Positions 9,175 through 17,300 of a stretch of 20,000 nt of DNA are shown in pieces. The stretch is taken from contig JAJRTR010000204.1 of the NCBI GenBank assembly GCA_024278215.1, positions 52,644 through 72,643 of the forward strand, in the 5' to 3' direction. The position numbers were made by a program, and so were the translations under genes. The notes beneath the pieces were generated by a model that saw only the letters and a list, made by a program, of their open reading frames with translations, made no database searches and was not told where the DNA came from. This DNA comes from a bacterium. Its GTDB lineage: Bacteria; UBP15; UBA6099; JAJRTR01. Within the stretch, counting starts at the first letter, position 1. The number at the start of each line of letters is the position of its first letter.

Positions 9175-9870
9175 TTACAGATCATTCAATTTAAGTTTCA
9201 GTCTTGCGATAGCGTTTGTAATGTCGATGTCCTTGGGACACGCCTCGTTGCAGTTGAAAATTGTGTGGCACTTCCACGGCCCCTTGCTCGTGTTTATCAG
9301 GGCGAGCCGTTCCTTCTGTGCCTGGTCGCGCGTGTCGAATATGAACCTGTAGGCTTTGAGCAGAGCGGACGGGCCGATATAATCGTCGTCTGCCCAGAAC
9401 GAGGGGCACGAAGACGTGCATGAAGCACACAGGATGCAGGATGCGGCTTCGTCGATAAGCTCCTGGTCTTCCGGCCACTGTATCCGCTCGGTGTCCGGTG
9501 GCGGCGAATTGTTCACGAAATATGGCATGATCGAGTAGAATCTTTCATAGAAGCGGTCCAGGTTAACGATGAGGTCTTTCTCGAGCGGGAACGAGCGAAG
9601 CGGTTCGACGATGATGTTTTTTCCGACATTCTTTACAAGGGTCTGGCAGGCCAGTCGGTTCTGTCCGTTTATCGTCATGGCACAGGAACCGCAGATCGCG
9701 TGGCCGCAGGAGCGGCGGAAAGCGAGTGTGCCGTCCTGGTGCCATTTTATCTCGTGCAGGCAGTCGAGCACCGGTGTTTCCGGCTCGGCCTCGACCGTGA
9801 AATCCTCGAAGTGAGGCCGCCTGTCCTTTGCAGGGTTGAACCTCTTTATCCTGAAGCGGATCTTCTGCAT
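9175..9870 (-). CDS. sdhB: Succinate dehydrogenase/fumarate reductase iron-sulfur subunit
   Basis: Cys clusters SCGHAICGSC...RLAC, CILCASCTSSCP and CHTIFNCNEACP. Start overlaps the sdhA stop. Confidence 0.95.
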   Translation of the reverse strand: MQKIRFRIKRFNPAKDRRPHFEDFTVEAEPETPVLDCLHEIKWHQDGTLAFRRSCGHAICGSCAMTINGQNRLACQTLVKNVGKNIIVEPLRSFPLEKDLIVNLDRFYERFYSIMPYFVNNSPPPDTERIQWPEDQELIDEAASCILCASCTSSCPSFWADDDYIGPSALLKAYRFIFDTRDQAQKERLALINTSKGPWKCHTIFNCNEACPKDIDITNAIARLKLKLNDL

Positions 9871-11579
9871 CAGTACTTCCTTTCCTTCGGCTGGTAGCGT
9901 GTTATCACCACATCGCGCCAGGCTGTATGTGGTTCTTTGTCTGTTTTAAACAGGAGTGTATGCTTGAGGAAATTCGCATCGTCGCGTTCGGTGAAATCCA
10001 CACGCGAGTGAGCGCCTCGACTCTCCTTGCGCTGCATGGCCGAGTAAGCGACCGCGGCAGCGAAATCGAGCATATTTTTCAGTTCCAGCGCTTCCTGGAG
10101 TTCGGTGTTGAACTGTTGCGTTTTGTCGTCAAGCGCGATTTTGTCGTAGTCGGCGGCGAGTTCGCGGACCTCATCATAAGCCTTCTGCATCCGTTTTTCT
10201 TCGCGGTACGCGCCGCAGTTTTCCATCATTGTGCCCTGCATCTTTTCGCGAAGTTCGGAAATCCTTATGCCGTCCGTTTTCGACAGCAGTTTCTTTATCA
10301 GTGCTTCGGTTTTCTTTTCGGGTCCGGCGGGCAGTGCCGGGCGTTGCGCTTCAGCAAGGTACTCACGCATATCTTTTCCTGTGCGGCGACCGAACACAAC
10401 AGTGTCCACCAGTGAATTACAGCCGAGCCGGTTCGCGCCATGGACCGATTCGCAGGCGGCTTCTCCGGCGGCGTAGAGGCCCGGAACCGGCGTGTTGTTT
10501 TCGTCGGCGATCACACGTCCCATAGTGTCGGTGGGAACGCCGCCCATCATGTAGTGGCCTGTGGGCATCACAGGTATCGGGTCCTTCGTGCAGTCGACGC
10601 CGACGTAAGTCATGCAGAACTTATAAATTTCAGGCAATTTTTTAAGGATGGCTTCGCGCCCGATGTGGTGTATCCGGAGATAGACATATTCTTTGCCGTT
10701 TATGCCGCGGCCCGCGGCGATTTCGTCATAGATAGCGCGTGAAATAATGTCGCGCGGGGCGAGGTCTTTCATGTCCGGCGCGTACCTTTCCATGAAGGGC
10801 TCGCCTTCGGAATTTATAAGTATGCCGCCCTCGCCGCGCACGCCCTCGGTGATGAGTATGCCGAGCGGATAGAGTCCGGTGGGGTGGAACTGCGCGAACT
10901 CCATATCCTGGAGCGGTATGCCCGCGTTGAATGCCATCGCGTAGCCGTCGCCAGTGCCTACATGCGCGTTCGACGTGATCCTGTAGATGCGGCCGCCGCC
11001 GCCCGTGGCAATCATTATCGCTGTGCAGTGGAATATGTGCAGTTCGCCCGTTTTCATGTCTGCCGCCACCGCGCCGCAGACCGTGCCGCCGTTCAACAGT
11101 AGTTCGGTGACGAAGAATTCGCTGTAGTAGTTGACTTTCGCGCGTACGCTCTGCTCGAACAGCGAGTGCAGGATAACATGGCCGGTGCGGTCGGCGGCGT
11201 AGCACGCGCGTGGGTGCGAGTGGCCGCCGAACGGTCGCTGCGCGATCCGGCCTTCGGGCGTTCGGCTGAACGGAACGCCTATATGTTCGAGTTCATACAC
11301 GGTCGGTATCGCGTTGTTGCAGAGAATCTCGATCTGGTTCTGGTCGCCGAGATAGTCGCTGCCCTTGACGGTGTCGAACATGTGTTCCTCGGGCGAGTCG
11401 GGTTCCATGTTGCCGAGCGCGGCGGCGATGCCGCCCTGCGCGGTGGTCGAGTGCGAGCGCGTGGGGAACACTTTCGTCAGGACCGCCACGCTGCATGTGT
11501 CGGCAAGTTCGATAGCCGCCCGCGTTCCCGCCAGTCCCGCCCCGATAATCAGAACATCATAAGTATGAAGTTTCGCCAT
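9870..11579 (-). CDS. sdhA: Succinate dehydrogenase/fumarate reductase flavoprotein subunit
   Basis: GAGLAG, covalent-FAD motif RSHSTTAQGG, QFHPTG, EGVRGEGG, HYMMGG, HGANRLG and ESRGAH. Confidence 0.96.
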   Translation of the reverse strand: MAKLHTYDVLIIGAGLAGTRAAIELADTCSVAVLTKVFPTRSHSTTAQGGIAAALGNMEPDSPEEHMFDTVKGSDYLGDQNQIEILCNNAIPTVYELEHIGVPFSRTPEGRIAQRPFGGHSHPRACYAADRTGHVILHSLFEQSVRAKVNYYSEFFVTELLLNGGTVCGAVAADMKTGELHIFHCTAIMIATGGGGRIYRITSNAHVGTGDGYAMAFNAGIPLQDMEFAQFHPTGLYPLGILITEGVRGEGGILINSEGEPFMERYAPDMKDLAPRDIISRAIYDEIAAGRGINGKEYVYLRIHHIGREAILKKLPEIYKFCMTYVGVDCTKDPIPVMPTGHYMMGGVPTDTMGRVIADENNTPVPGLYAAGEAACESVHGANRLGCNSLVDTVVFGRRTGKDMREYLAEAQRPALPAGPEKKTEALIKKLLSKTDGIRISELREKMQGTMMENCGAYREEKRMQKAYDEVRELAADYDKIALDDKTQQFNTELQEALELKNMLDFAAAVAYSAMQRKESRGAHSRVDFTERDDANFLKHTLLFKTDKEPHTAWRDVVITRYQPKERKY

Positions 11580-11603
11580 GTTTTCTTCTCGCGGGTTCGT
11601 TCG

Positions 11604-11996
11604 TTATTTGAACGGAAACCCCAGTATTGTTATTGTTCCGAGCGCATACAGGAGTATGCCGGACAGGATAAGCGCCGAATATATGGCGAGCCGCCAACTG
11701 TTTGTTTGCACATAGTCGGCGACGACGACCCACACACCGGCGAATCCGTGGTACAGCGCGAATGTCAGGAATGCCATATCGAAACACTTCCACAGCGGGT
11801 TCGAGAGCCGGTTCGCCACTACGTCGTAGGTCACTTCGCCCGTGCCGATCAGGTGGTTTATGCCGAAGTGAAGAAGGATGATCAGCACGATAAAAAGACC
11901 TGTGAGCCGCTGGAACAGCCATGTGCGCGAGCCGCCTGTCCCGGTGTTTCTGACCCACATCGACTGCGTATGTTCCTGTTTTTTCTCGTCCGACAT
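11604..11996 (-). CDS. sdhD: Succinate dehydrogenase hydrophobic anchor subunit
   Basis: WLFQRLTG, three TM helices, His residues in LLHFG and [12 protein letters not shown] motif, and position in the sdh operon. Confidence 0.88.
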   Translation of the reverse strand: MSDEKKQEHTQSMWVRNTGTGGSRTWLFQRLTGLFIVLIILLHFGINHLIGTGEVTYDVVANRLSNPLWKCFDMAFLTFALYHGFAGVWVVVADYVQTNSWRLAIYSALILSGILLYALGTITILGFPFK

Positions 11997-12069
11997 CTTC
12001 TGTCCATTCCATTTATATAGGTTTTATCAGTACTTGACACTTACGAGTCGACCGCGCGTTTGTCCGAGA

Positions 12070-12450
12070 TTAATGAGCGAGTGCGTTCAACAGGTGCCCC
12101 GCAATCGGCGCCGCGCCCGCGACGAACAGCGCGGCGGCTATCACCATCATGATCCAGAAAAGCTGTTTCTGTATCTTCGTGCCGCCCCAGAAATCTATGA
12201 TTATCACACGCAGGCCGTTGAAAGCGTGGTAGAGTATCACGCCCAGCAGGCCGATCTCCATCAACTTGAACGCAGGCGAGCCGAGCAGTTCCATCACCCT
12301 GTCGAATCGTTCGGGGCCGTAGGCCAAGTTGTGGATCACGAATATGTGCAGGCAAAGGTAGGCGACGAGCGCGAGTCCCGACAGCCTGTGCAGCGCCCAG
12401 GAGACCATCCCGAGCTTCCACCTGTATCGAAATTCAAATATCGGTTTCAT
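12070..12450 (-). CDS. sdhC: Succinate dehydrogenase cytochrome b subunit
   Basis: Motifs [13 protein letters not shown] and [14 protein letters not shown]; three TM helices. Confidence 0.92.
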   Translation of the reverse strand: MKPIFEFRYRWKLGMVSWALHRLSGLALVAYLCLHIFVIHNLAYGPERFDRVMELLGSPAFKLMEIGLLGVILYHAFNGLRVIIIDFWGGTKIQKQLFWIMMVIAAALFVAGAAPIAGHLLNALAH

Positions 12451-12514
12451 AATCGGTTCCGTTTTTTATTGTTTAGCAACACGGCACCCGGCGACAGTGT
12501 AGTGATGCCCATAT

Positions 12515-12546
12515 ATTATACCCAACATAACGTTAATTATGTAAAT
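12515..12546 (-). promoter_or_regulatory. Putative internal promoter for sdhCDAB with an overlapping palindrome
   Basis: Perfect TATAAT on the minus strand (12515-12520). Inverted repeat ACATAA-N6-TTATGT (12525-12542) covers the -35 region. Confidence 0.5.
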
Positions 12547-12551
12547 CCACT

Positions 12552-13418
12552 TCAGTCGATACGTTCTTTAACTTTGTCGACGAGTTCAGACACGAGCCCC
12601 GCCACCGGCGCGCCCGCCGCCTCCAGCGCTTCTATCTTCGACTCCGCCGTACCGACACCGCCCGATATTATCGCCCCGGCGTGTCCCATGCGCTTGCCTT
12701 TTGGCGCAGTTCGCCCGGATATAAATGCTACGACCGGCTTCGACATGGTTTTGATATATTCCGCCGCCCGCTCTTCGTCCGTGCCGCCGATCTCGCCCAC
12801 CATCACGACGACTTTTGTGTCCGGATCGTTCTCGAACATCTCCAGCACATCAATAAAAGTCGTACCGATTATCGGGTCGCCGCCTATGCCTATGACAGTC
12901 GTCTGGCCCGCGCCCGCGTGTGACAGTTCCGAAGCCACTTCATAGGTAAGTGTTCCGCTTCGGGAGATAATGCCCACGGGACCCGGCTCGAAAATGTGGC
13001 CGGGCATGATGCCCACTTTAGATTTGCCGACCGTCACCAGCCCCGGGCAATTCGGGCCGACAAGTCTCGATCCGCCCTCCCGCAGACGCTGGTTTATCTC
13101 GATCATATCCTTCACCGGGATGCCCTCGGTGATGCAGATAACCAGCGGCACATCGTTGAAAAGCGACTCGCGTATCGCGCCGGGCGCGAACGGAGCGGCG
13201 ACGAATATTATAGATGTATTCGCTCCGGTTTCCTTCACGCAATCCTCGACCGTGTCGAACACCGGCACGCCGTCGATAGCCTGTCCGCCCTTGCCGGGCG
13301 TTACGCCGCCCACGACATTTGTGCCGTACTCGATCATGCGCGCGAGATGGAACGAACCGTCGCGCCCCGTGATACCCTGTATGAGTACTTTTGTGTTTTC
13401 GTCTATCAGAATTCCCAT
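12552..13418 (-). CDS. sucD: Succinyl-CoA synthetase alpha subunit
   Basis: [35 protein letters not shown] and phospho-His motif RMGHAGAI. Start ATG 13418 (MGILID). Confidence 0.96.
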   Translation of the reverse strand: MGILIDENTKVLIQGITGRDGSFHLARMIEYGTNVVGGVTPGKGGQAIDGVPVFDTVEDCVKETGANTSIIFVAAPFAPGAIRESLFNDVPLVICITEGIPVKDMIEINQRLREGGSRLVGPNCPGLVTVGKSKVGIMPGHIFEPGPVGIISRSGTLTYEVASELSHAGAGQTTVIGIGGDPIIGTTFIDVLEMFENDPDTKVVVMVGEIGGTDEERAAEYIKTMSKPVVAFISGRTAPKGKRMGHAGAIISGGVGTAESKIEALEAAGAPVAGLVSELVDKVKERID

Positions 13419-13460
13419 ATTAACGCACCTTTCGGAGCTTATGCCACACACGATTGTCGA

Positions 13461-14588
13461 TTATTTCACCGCGACCGCTTTTTTTACAGCGTCTTCCATG
13501 CGGGTGTCGGCGGAAATATTCTCTTTTTCCAGCATCTCGCGGGCGATCTCCTCGTTCGTGCCCGACAGCCTGATGAAGACCGGCCGGTCGATATTCTCGC
13601 TCCGCAGCGCTCCGATGAAACCGGCCGCGACATCGTCGCAGCGCGTGATGCCGCCGAATATATTTATCAGGATCGACTTCACATTTTTGTCACTGAGTAT
13701 CAGTTTCATTGCCTGCTTCATTTTTTCCGTATTCGAGCTGCCGCCGATATCCAGAAAGTTAGCGGGCTCGCCGCCGAAGTGTTTTACCATGTCCATCGTC
13801 GCCATGGCCAGCCCCGCGCCGTTGACTATGCAGCCTACGTTCCCGTCCAGTTTCACATAACTGAGTCCGTATTCTTTCGCTTTCACTTCGTCGGGGTTTT
13901 CCGGGTCGGCGCGTTCGAACTCTTTTATTTCTTTCCGGCGGTACATCGCGTTGTCGTCGGTGATGATCTTCGCGTCGACGAGAACGAGGTTTCCTTCGTC
14001 GGTCACCACCAGTGGGTTGATCTCCAGCAGTGTCAGGTCCATGTCCACAAACATATCGTAGAGCGCCAGCGCAAGTTTGATGAACTGATTGTGGAGTTCG
14101 CGCGGCACACCCATCGCGGCGGCGGCGCGTCGCACCTGGAAATCATATATCTTTCCTCTGGTGTCGGAAGTTATCTTAAGGATAGCCTCCGGGTTTTCTT
14201 TTGCCGTTTCCTCGATATCGACGCCGCCTTCGCCGCTCAGGATCATAGTGCAGGCGCGTTTTTCGCGGTCGAAAATGACACCGAAGTAAAATTCTTTTGC
14301 TATATCGCAAGCCCTGGTAACGAGCAGTTTTTTCACCGGCAAGCCCTTGATCGTGAGCCCCAGTATTTTCTCCGCAGTGGGCACGACATCTTCCATACTG
14401 CCTACAACCCTGACACCGCCCGCCTTGCCGCGCCCGCCGACATGCACCTGCGCTTTGAGCACCACCGGCAGGCCGATCTCTTCGACTATTTCCGGCACTT
14501 CCGCCGCACTCGCCGCCACGCGGCCCGGCATAATCGGCATCCCGTTTTTCCCGAGAAGTTCTTTCGACTGGTATTCGTGAAGTTTCAC
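13461..14588 (-). CDS. sucC: Succinyl-CoA synthetase beta subunit
   Basis: MKLHEYQSK, KAQVHVGGRGKAGGV, EINPL, NGAGLAMATMD, NFLDIGG and NIFGGITRCD. GTG start after GGAGG. Confidence 0.96.
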   Translation of the reverse strand: MKLHEYQSKELLGKNGMPIMPGRVAASAAEVPEIVEEIGLPVVLKAQVHVGGRGKAGGVRVVGSMEDVVPTAEKILGLTIKGLPVKKLLVTRACDIAKEFYFGVIFDREKRACTMILSGEGGVDIEETAKENPEAILKITSDTRGKIYDFQVRRAAAAMGVPRELHNQFIKLALALYDMFVDMDLTLLEINPLVVTDEGNLVLVDAKIITDDNAMYRRKEIKEFERADPENPDEVKAKEYGLSYVKLDGNVGCIVNGAGLAMATMDMVKHFGGEPANFLDIGGSSNTEKMKQAMKLILSDKNVKSILINIFGGITRCDDVAAGFIGALRSENIDRPVFIRLSGTNEEIAREMLEKENISADTRMEDAVKKAVAVK

Positions 14589-14589
14589 A

Positions 14590-15063
14590 TCAACCTCCGG
14601 TTTTTATCGTACACATCACATTGCCTTTTTTCATGATATCGCCGACATTCACAGAAATGGAAACGACGGTCCCGCTTGCCGTAGCGAGTATCGAGTTCTC
14701 CATCTTCATGGCTTCGAGGATGAAAACCGTGTCGCCTTTTTTTATCGTGTCGCCTTCGGCGGCCTTGACGGCAACTACCTTGCCAGCCATCGGCGCGACG
14801 ATTTTCGCGTCTCCGGCACCGGCTCCGGCATCCGCACCGGCGGGCGGGGCGGCTTTTGTCGTCGCCTGGGACGGACTCGGCGCTTTATCCGCCGACACCG
14901 TAAATGTCGGCACACTCCGGGCCGCCGCCTGCTCCTTTTCAACAGCAACCCTGAACTCCTTGCCCTACACATCGACAGTGAAACACTTCCGCGCACCTTC
15001 CGTGCCCTCGCTTTTCACAACGACCTCGAATTTATCTCCATCTACTTCAATTTTATATTTCAA
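14590..15063 (-). CDS. Biotin carboxyl carrier protein (1.3S/MmdC-like) interrupted by an in-frame TAG at codon 33 (pseudogene, read-through or sequence error)
   Basis: GGAGG RBS, then TTG at 15063, reads MKYKIEVDGDKFEVVVK...FTVDV*GKEFRVAVEKE..., continuing in frame into the Ala/Pro linker and the APMAGKV...LEAMKMEN biotinyl domain. TAG at 14965-14967. Confidence 0.88.
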
Positions 15064-15144
15064 CTCTGTGTGCCTCCGTTGTTGAAGTCTGTATTACTTA
15101 ACAGTCCGTGTCATCGCTCCGGGGTAGTTCATTACCTGATAAAA

Positions 15145-15342
15145 TTACGCGATTCCGAGCCGTTCGGCACGCCCCGCCATTTTCCATGCCTCGCGCGGCG
15201 CTTTCCGCGCGCCGCGATCGGGCGAGGCCGCAACGTTGCCCGCCTTGCTCATTTCCATCACTACCGCAGCTATCGCGGCGACCCGCATCCTGTCTTTTTT
15301 AGTGGACTTTCGAGAAGTTTTCTTCGTCTTCTTCTTTGCCAT
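15145..15342 (-). CDS. Small acyl-CoA carboxylase epsilon-like / OadG C-terminal-like accessory protein
   Basis: 65 aa with a VAAIAAVV helix and a C-terminal WKMAGR motif, the pattern of carboxylase accessory subunits. First gene of the run; no TM helix. Confidence 0.65.
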   Translation of the reverse strand: MAKKKTKKTSRKSTKKDRMRVAAIAAVVMEMSKAGNVAASPDRGARKAPREAWKMAGRAERLGIA

Positions 15343-15386
15343 AATGTAATATTCCGACCATCTGGATTTTAACTCTGAATTACAAG

Positions 15387-15415
15387 ATAATATATTGATT
15401 ATCGCTAATAGTCAA
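15387..15415 (-). promoter_or_regulatory. Sigma70-type promoter for the leftward operon
   Basis: TTGACT (15410-15415) - 17 bp - TATTAT (15387-15392) on the minus strand. Confidence 0.6.
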
Positions 15416-15447
15416 ACAGAAAACGATGGACGTCTCATGTCTGAAAA

Positions 15448-15475
15448 TTGAAAAAGGTGTGTTATCAGGTATAAT
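15448..15475 (+). promoter_or_regulatory. Sigma70-type promoter for the mutase large subunit
   Basis: TTGAAA (15448-15453) - 16 bp - TATAAT (15470-15475). Confidence 0.6.
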
Positions 15476-15590
15476 AGAAATTCGTAATCAGCCGGAAATC
15501 ATGACATTGCGCCGATGACTGAATCCGGTGCGGCAGACGCGCGGACAGGCGTGTTTCAATACAGTTCATTTCACACAGGAGGCAAAGGCT

Positions 15591-17255
15591 ATGACCGACA
15601 TCGACAGGATCAAACAGGAAAAAGAGAAATGGGAAAATGAAAAAGTCGACAAGGTGACCGCCAGATTTCCGGAAATGAAGGAACAGTTTGAAACACCGTC
15701 GGGCATTCCCGTGGAAAGACTGTACACACCGCCTGATACGGAAGAAGTCGACTATGTCGACGATATCGGTTTTCCCGGCGAATATCCCTTTACGCGCGGC
15801 GTGCAGCCGACGATGTACCGCAGCCGCTACTGGACGATGCGCCAGTATGCCGGGTTCGGCTCGGCGGAGGAAACGAACAAGCGGTTTCGCTACCTGATAG
15901 AACAGGGCCAGAAGGGGTTGAGCGTCGCATTCGACCTGCCGACCCAGATGGGCTACGACTCGGACGACGAACTTGTCGAGGGCGAAGTGGGCAAGACGGG
16001 CGTCGCCATCGACTCGGTGCGCGACATGGAGATTCTTTTCGACGGCATCGACCTTGGCAGGATCAGCACTTCGATGACGATCAACGCGCCCGCGAATGTT
16101 CTGCTTGCTTTCTACATCATCGTCGCGGAGAAAAACGGCGCGAAACAGGAAGACCTGAAAGGAACGATACAGAACGACATATTAAAGGAATATACCGCGC
16201 GCGGTACATATATATTTCCACCCGCGCCGTCGATGCGGCTTATCACCGACATATTCAGCTACTGCGGCGCGCACGTGCCGAAATGGAACACCATCAGCAT
16301 CAGCGGCTACCACATCCGCGAGGCGGGCGCGACGGCTGTGCAGGAAGTCGCTTTCACCATCGCCGACGGTATCGCCTATGTCGAAGCCGCGCTGGAAGCA
16401 GGACTGGACCTCGACGCGTTCGCGGGCCGCCTCAGCTTTTTCTTCAACGCGCACAGCAATCTTTTCGAGGAAATCGCCAAATTCCGCGCGGCGCGTCGCA
16501 TGTGGGCGAAGATTATGAAGGAGCGCTTCGGAGCGAAGAATCCGCGTTCGATGATGCTGCGTTTCCACACCCAGACGGCGGGCTCGATGCTCACAGCGCA
16601 GCAGGCGGAGAACAACATAGTGCGCGTGACGCTACAAGCGCTTGCCGGTGTGCTTGGCGGCACGCAGTCGCTGCACACGAACTCGATGGACGAAGCGCTC
16701 GCGCTCCCCACGGAAGACGCCGCCCGCATCGCGCTGCGCACACAACAGATAATCGCCCACGAGAGCGGCGCGGCCGACACCATCGACCCGCTGGCAGGCT
16801 CATACTTTATCGAATCGCTCACCGGCGAAATCGAAAAACGCGCCTTCGAGTACATCGACAAAATCGACAAAATGGGCGGCGCGGTCAAGTCGATCGAGAA
16901 AAATTACATGCAGGAGGAGATACATAACTCGGCCTATAAGTGGCAGAAAGAAGTCGAGCAGAACAAGCGTGTCGTCGTCGGCGTGAATAAGTTCCGGATC
17001 GAGGAAAAGACACGCCCGCCGCACTTCCATCTCAATCCGGAAATGGAAAAAGCGCAGAGAGAAAAACTCGCCCGCCTGCGCGACGAACGCGACGGCGACG
17101 CCGTGGACGCCGCGCTCGCGAAACTGAAGTTGCAGGCTCAAGACCCGAAAGGCGAGTTGTTTCCGTACATACTCGACGCGGCCCGCCGCGAGGCCACTCT
17201 CGGCGAAATATGCAACACACTCCGCGCCGTTTTCGGCGTGTACAGGGCAAAGTAG
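15591..17255 (+). CDS. Methylmalonyl-CoA mutase large (substrate-binding) subunit, lacking the B12 domain
   Basis: [19 protein letters not shown] (Tyr, MCM-type), [40 protein letters not shown] and [13 protein letters not shown] 15591 follows AGGAGG. Confidence 0.94.
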   Translation: MTDIDRIKQEKEKWENEKVDKVTARFPEMKEQFETPSGIPVERLYTPPDTEEVDYVDDIGFPGEYPFTRGVQPTMYRSRYWTMRQYAGFGSAEETNKRFRYLIEQGQKGLSVAFDLPTQMGYDSDDELVEGEVGKTGVAIDSVRDMEILFDGIDLGRISTSMTINAPANVLLAFYIIVAEKNGAKQEDLKGTIQNDILKEYTARGTYIFPPAPSMRLITDIFSYCGAHVPKWNTISISGYHIREAGATAVQEVAFTIADGIAYVEAALEAGLDLDAFAGRLSFFFNAHSNLFEEIAKFRAARRMWAKIMKERFGAKNPRSMMLRFHTQTAGSMLTAQQAENNIVRVTLQALAGVLGGTQSLHTNSMDEALALPTEDAARIALRTQQIIAHESGAADTIDPLAGSYFIESLTGEIEKRAFEYIDKIDKMGGAVKSIEKNYMQEEIHNSAYKWQKEVEQNKRVVVGVNKFRIEEKTRPPHFHLNPEMEKAQREKLARLRDERDGDAVDAALAKLKLQAQDPKGELFPYILDAARREATLGEICNTLRAVFGVYRAK

Positions 17256-17292
17256 TTTTTCACCCGCATCTGTAAAATATGCGGGTTGAAAA
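17256..17292. terminator. Hairpin between convergent genes, probable intrinsic terminator
   Basis: TTTTCA-CCCGCAT...ATGCGGG-TTGAAAA inverted repeat right after the mutase stop codon. Confidence 0.6.
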
Positions 17293-17300
17293 CACAAAGA

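Noticed and set aside
12996-14636. Long plus-strand ORFs (546 aa here; also 6933-7937, 11878-12945, 11166-12020, 4817-5632)
   Set aside because: They are antisense shadows of well-supported minus-strand genes in GC-rich coding DNA and have no recognisable motifs.
14590-14913. 107-aa ORF-track call as the complete biotin carrier
   Set aside because: Its GTG lacks a well-spaced RBS, and the upstream in-frame sequence has a clear RBS and a family-typical N-terminus.
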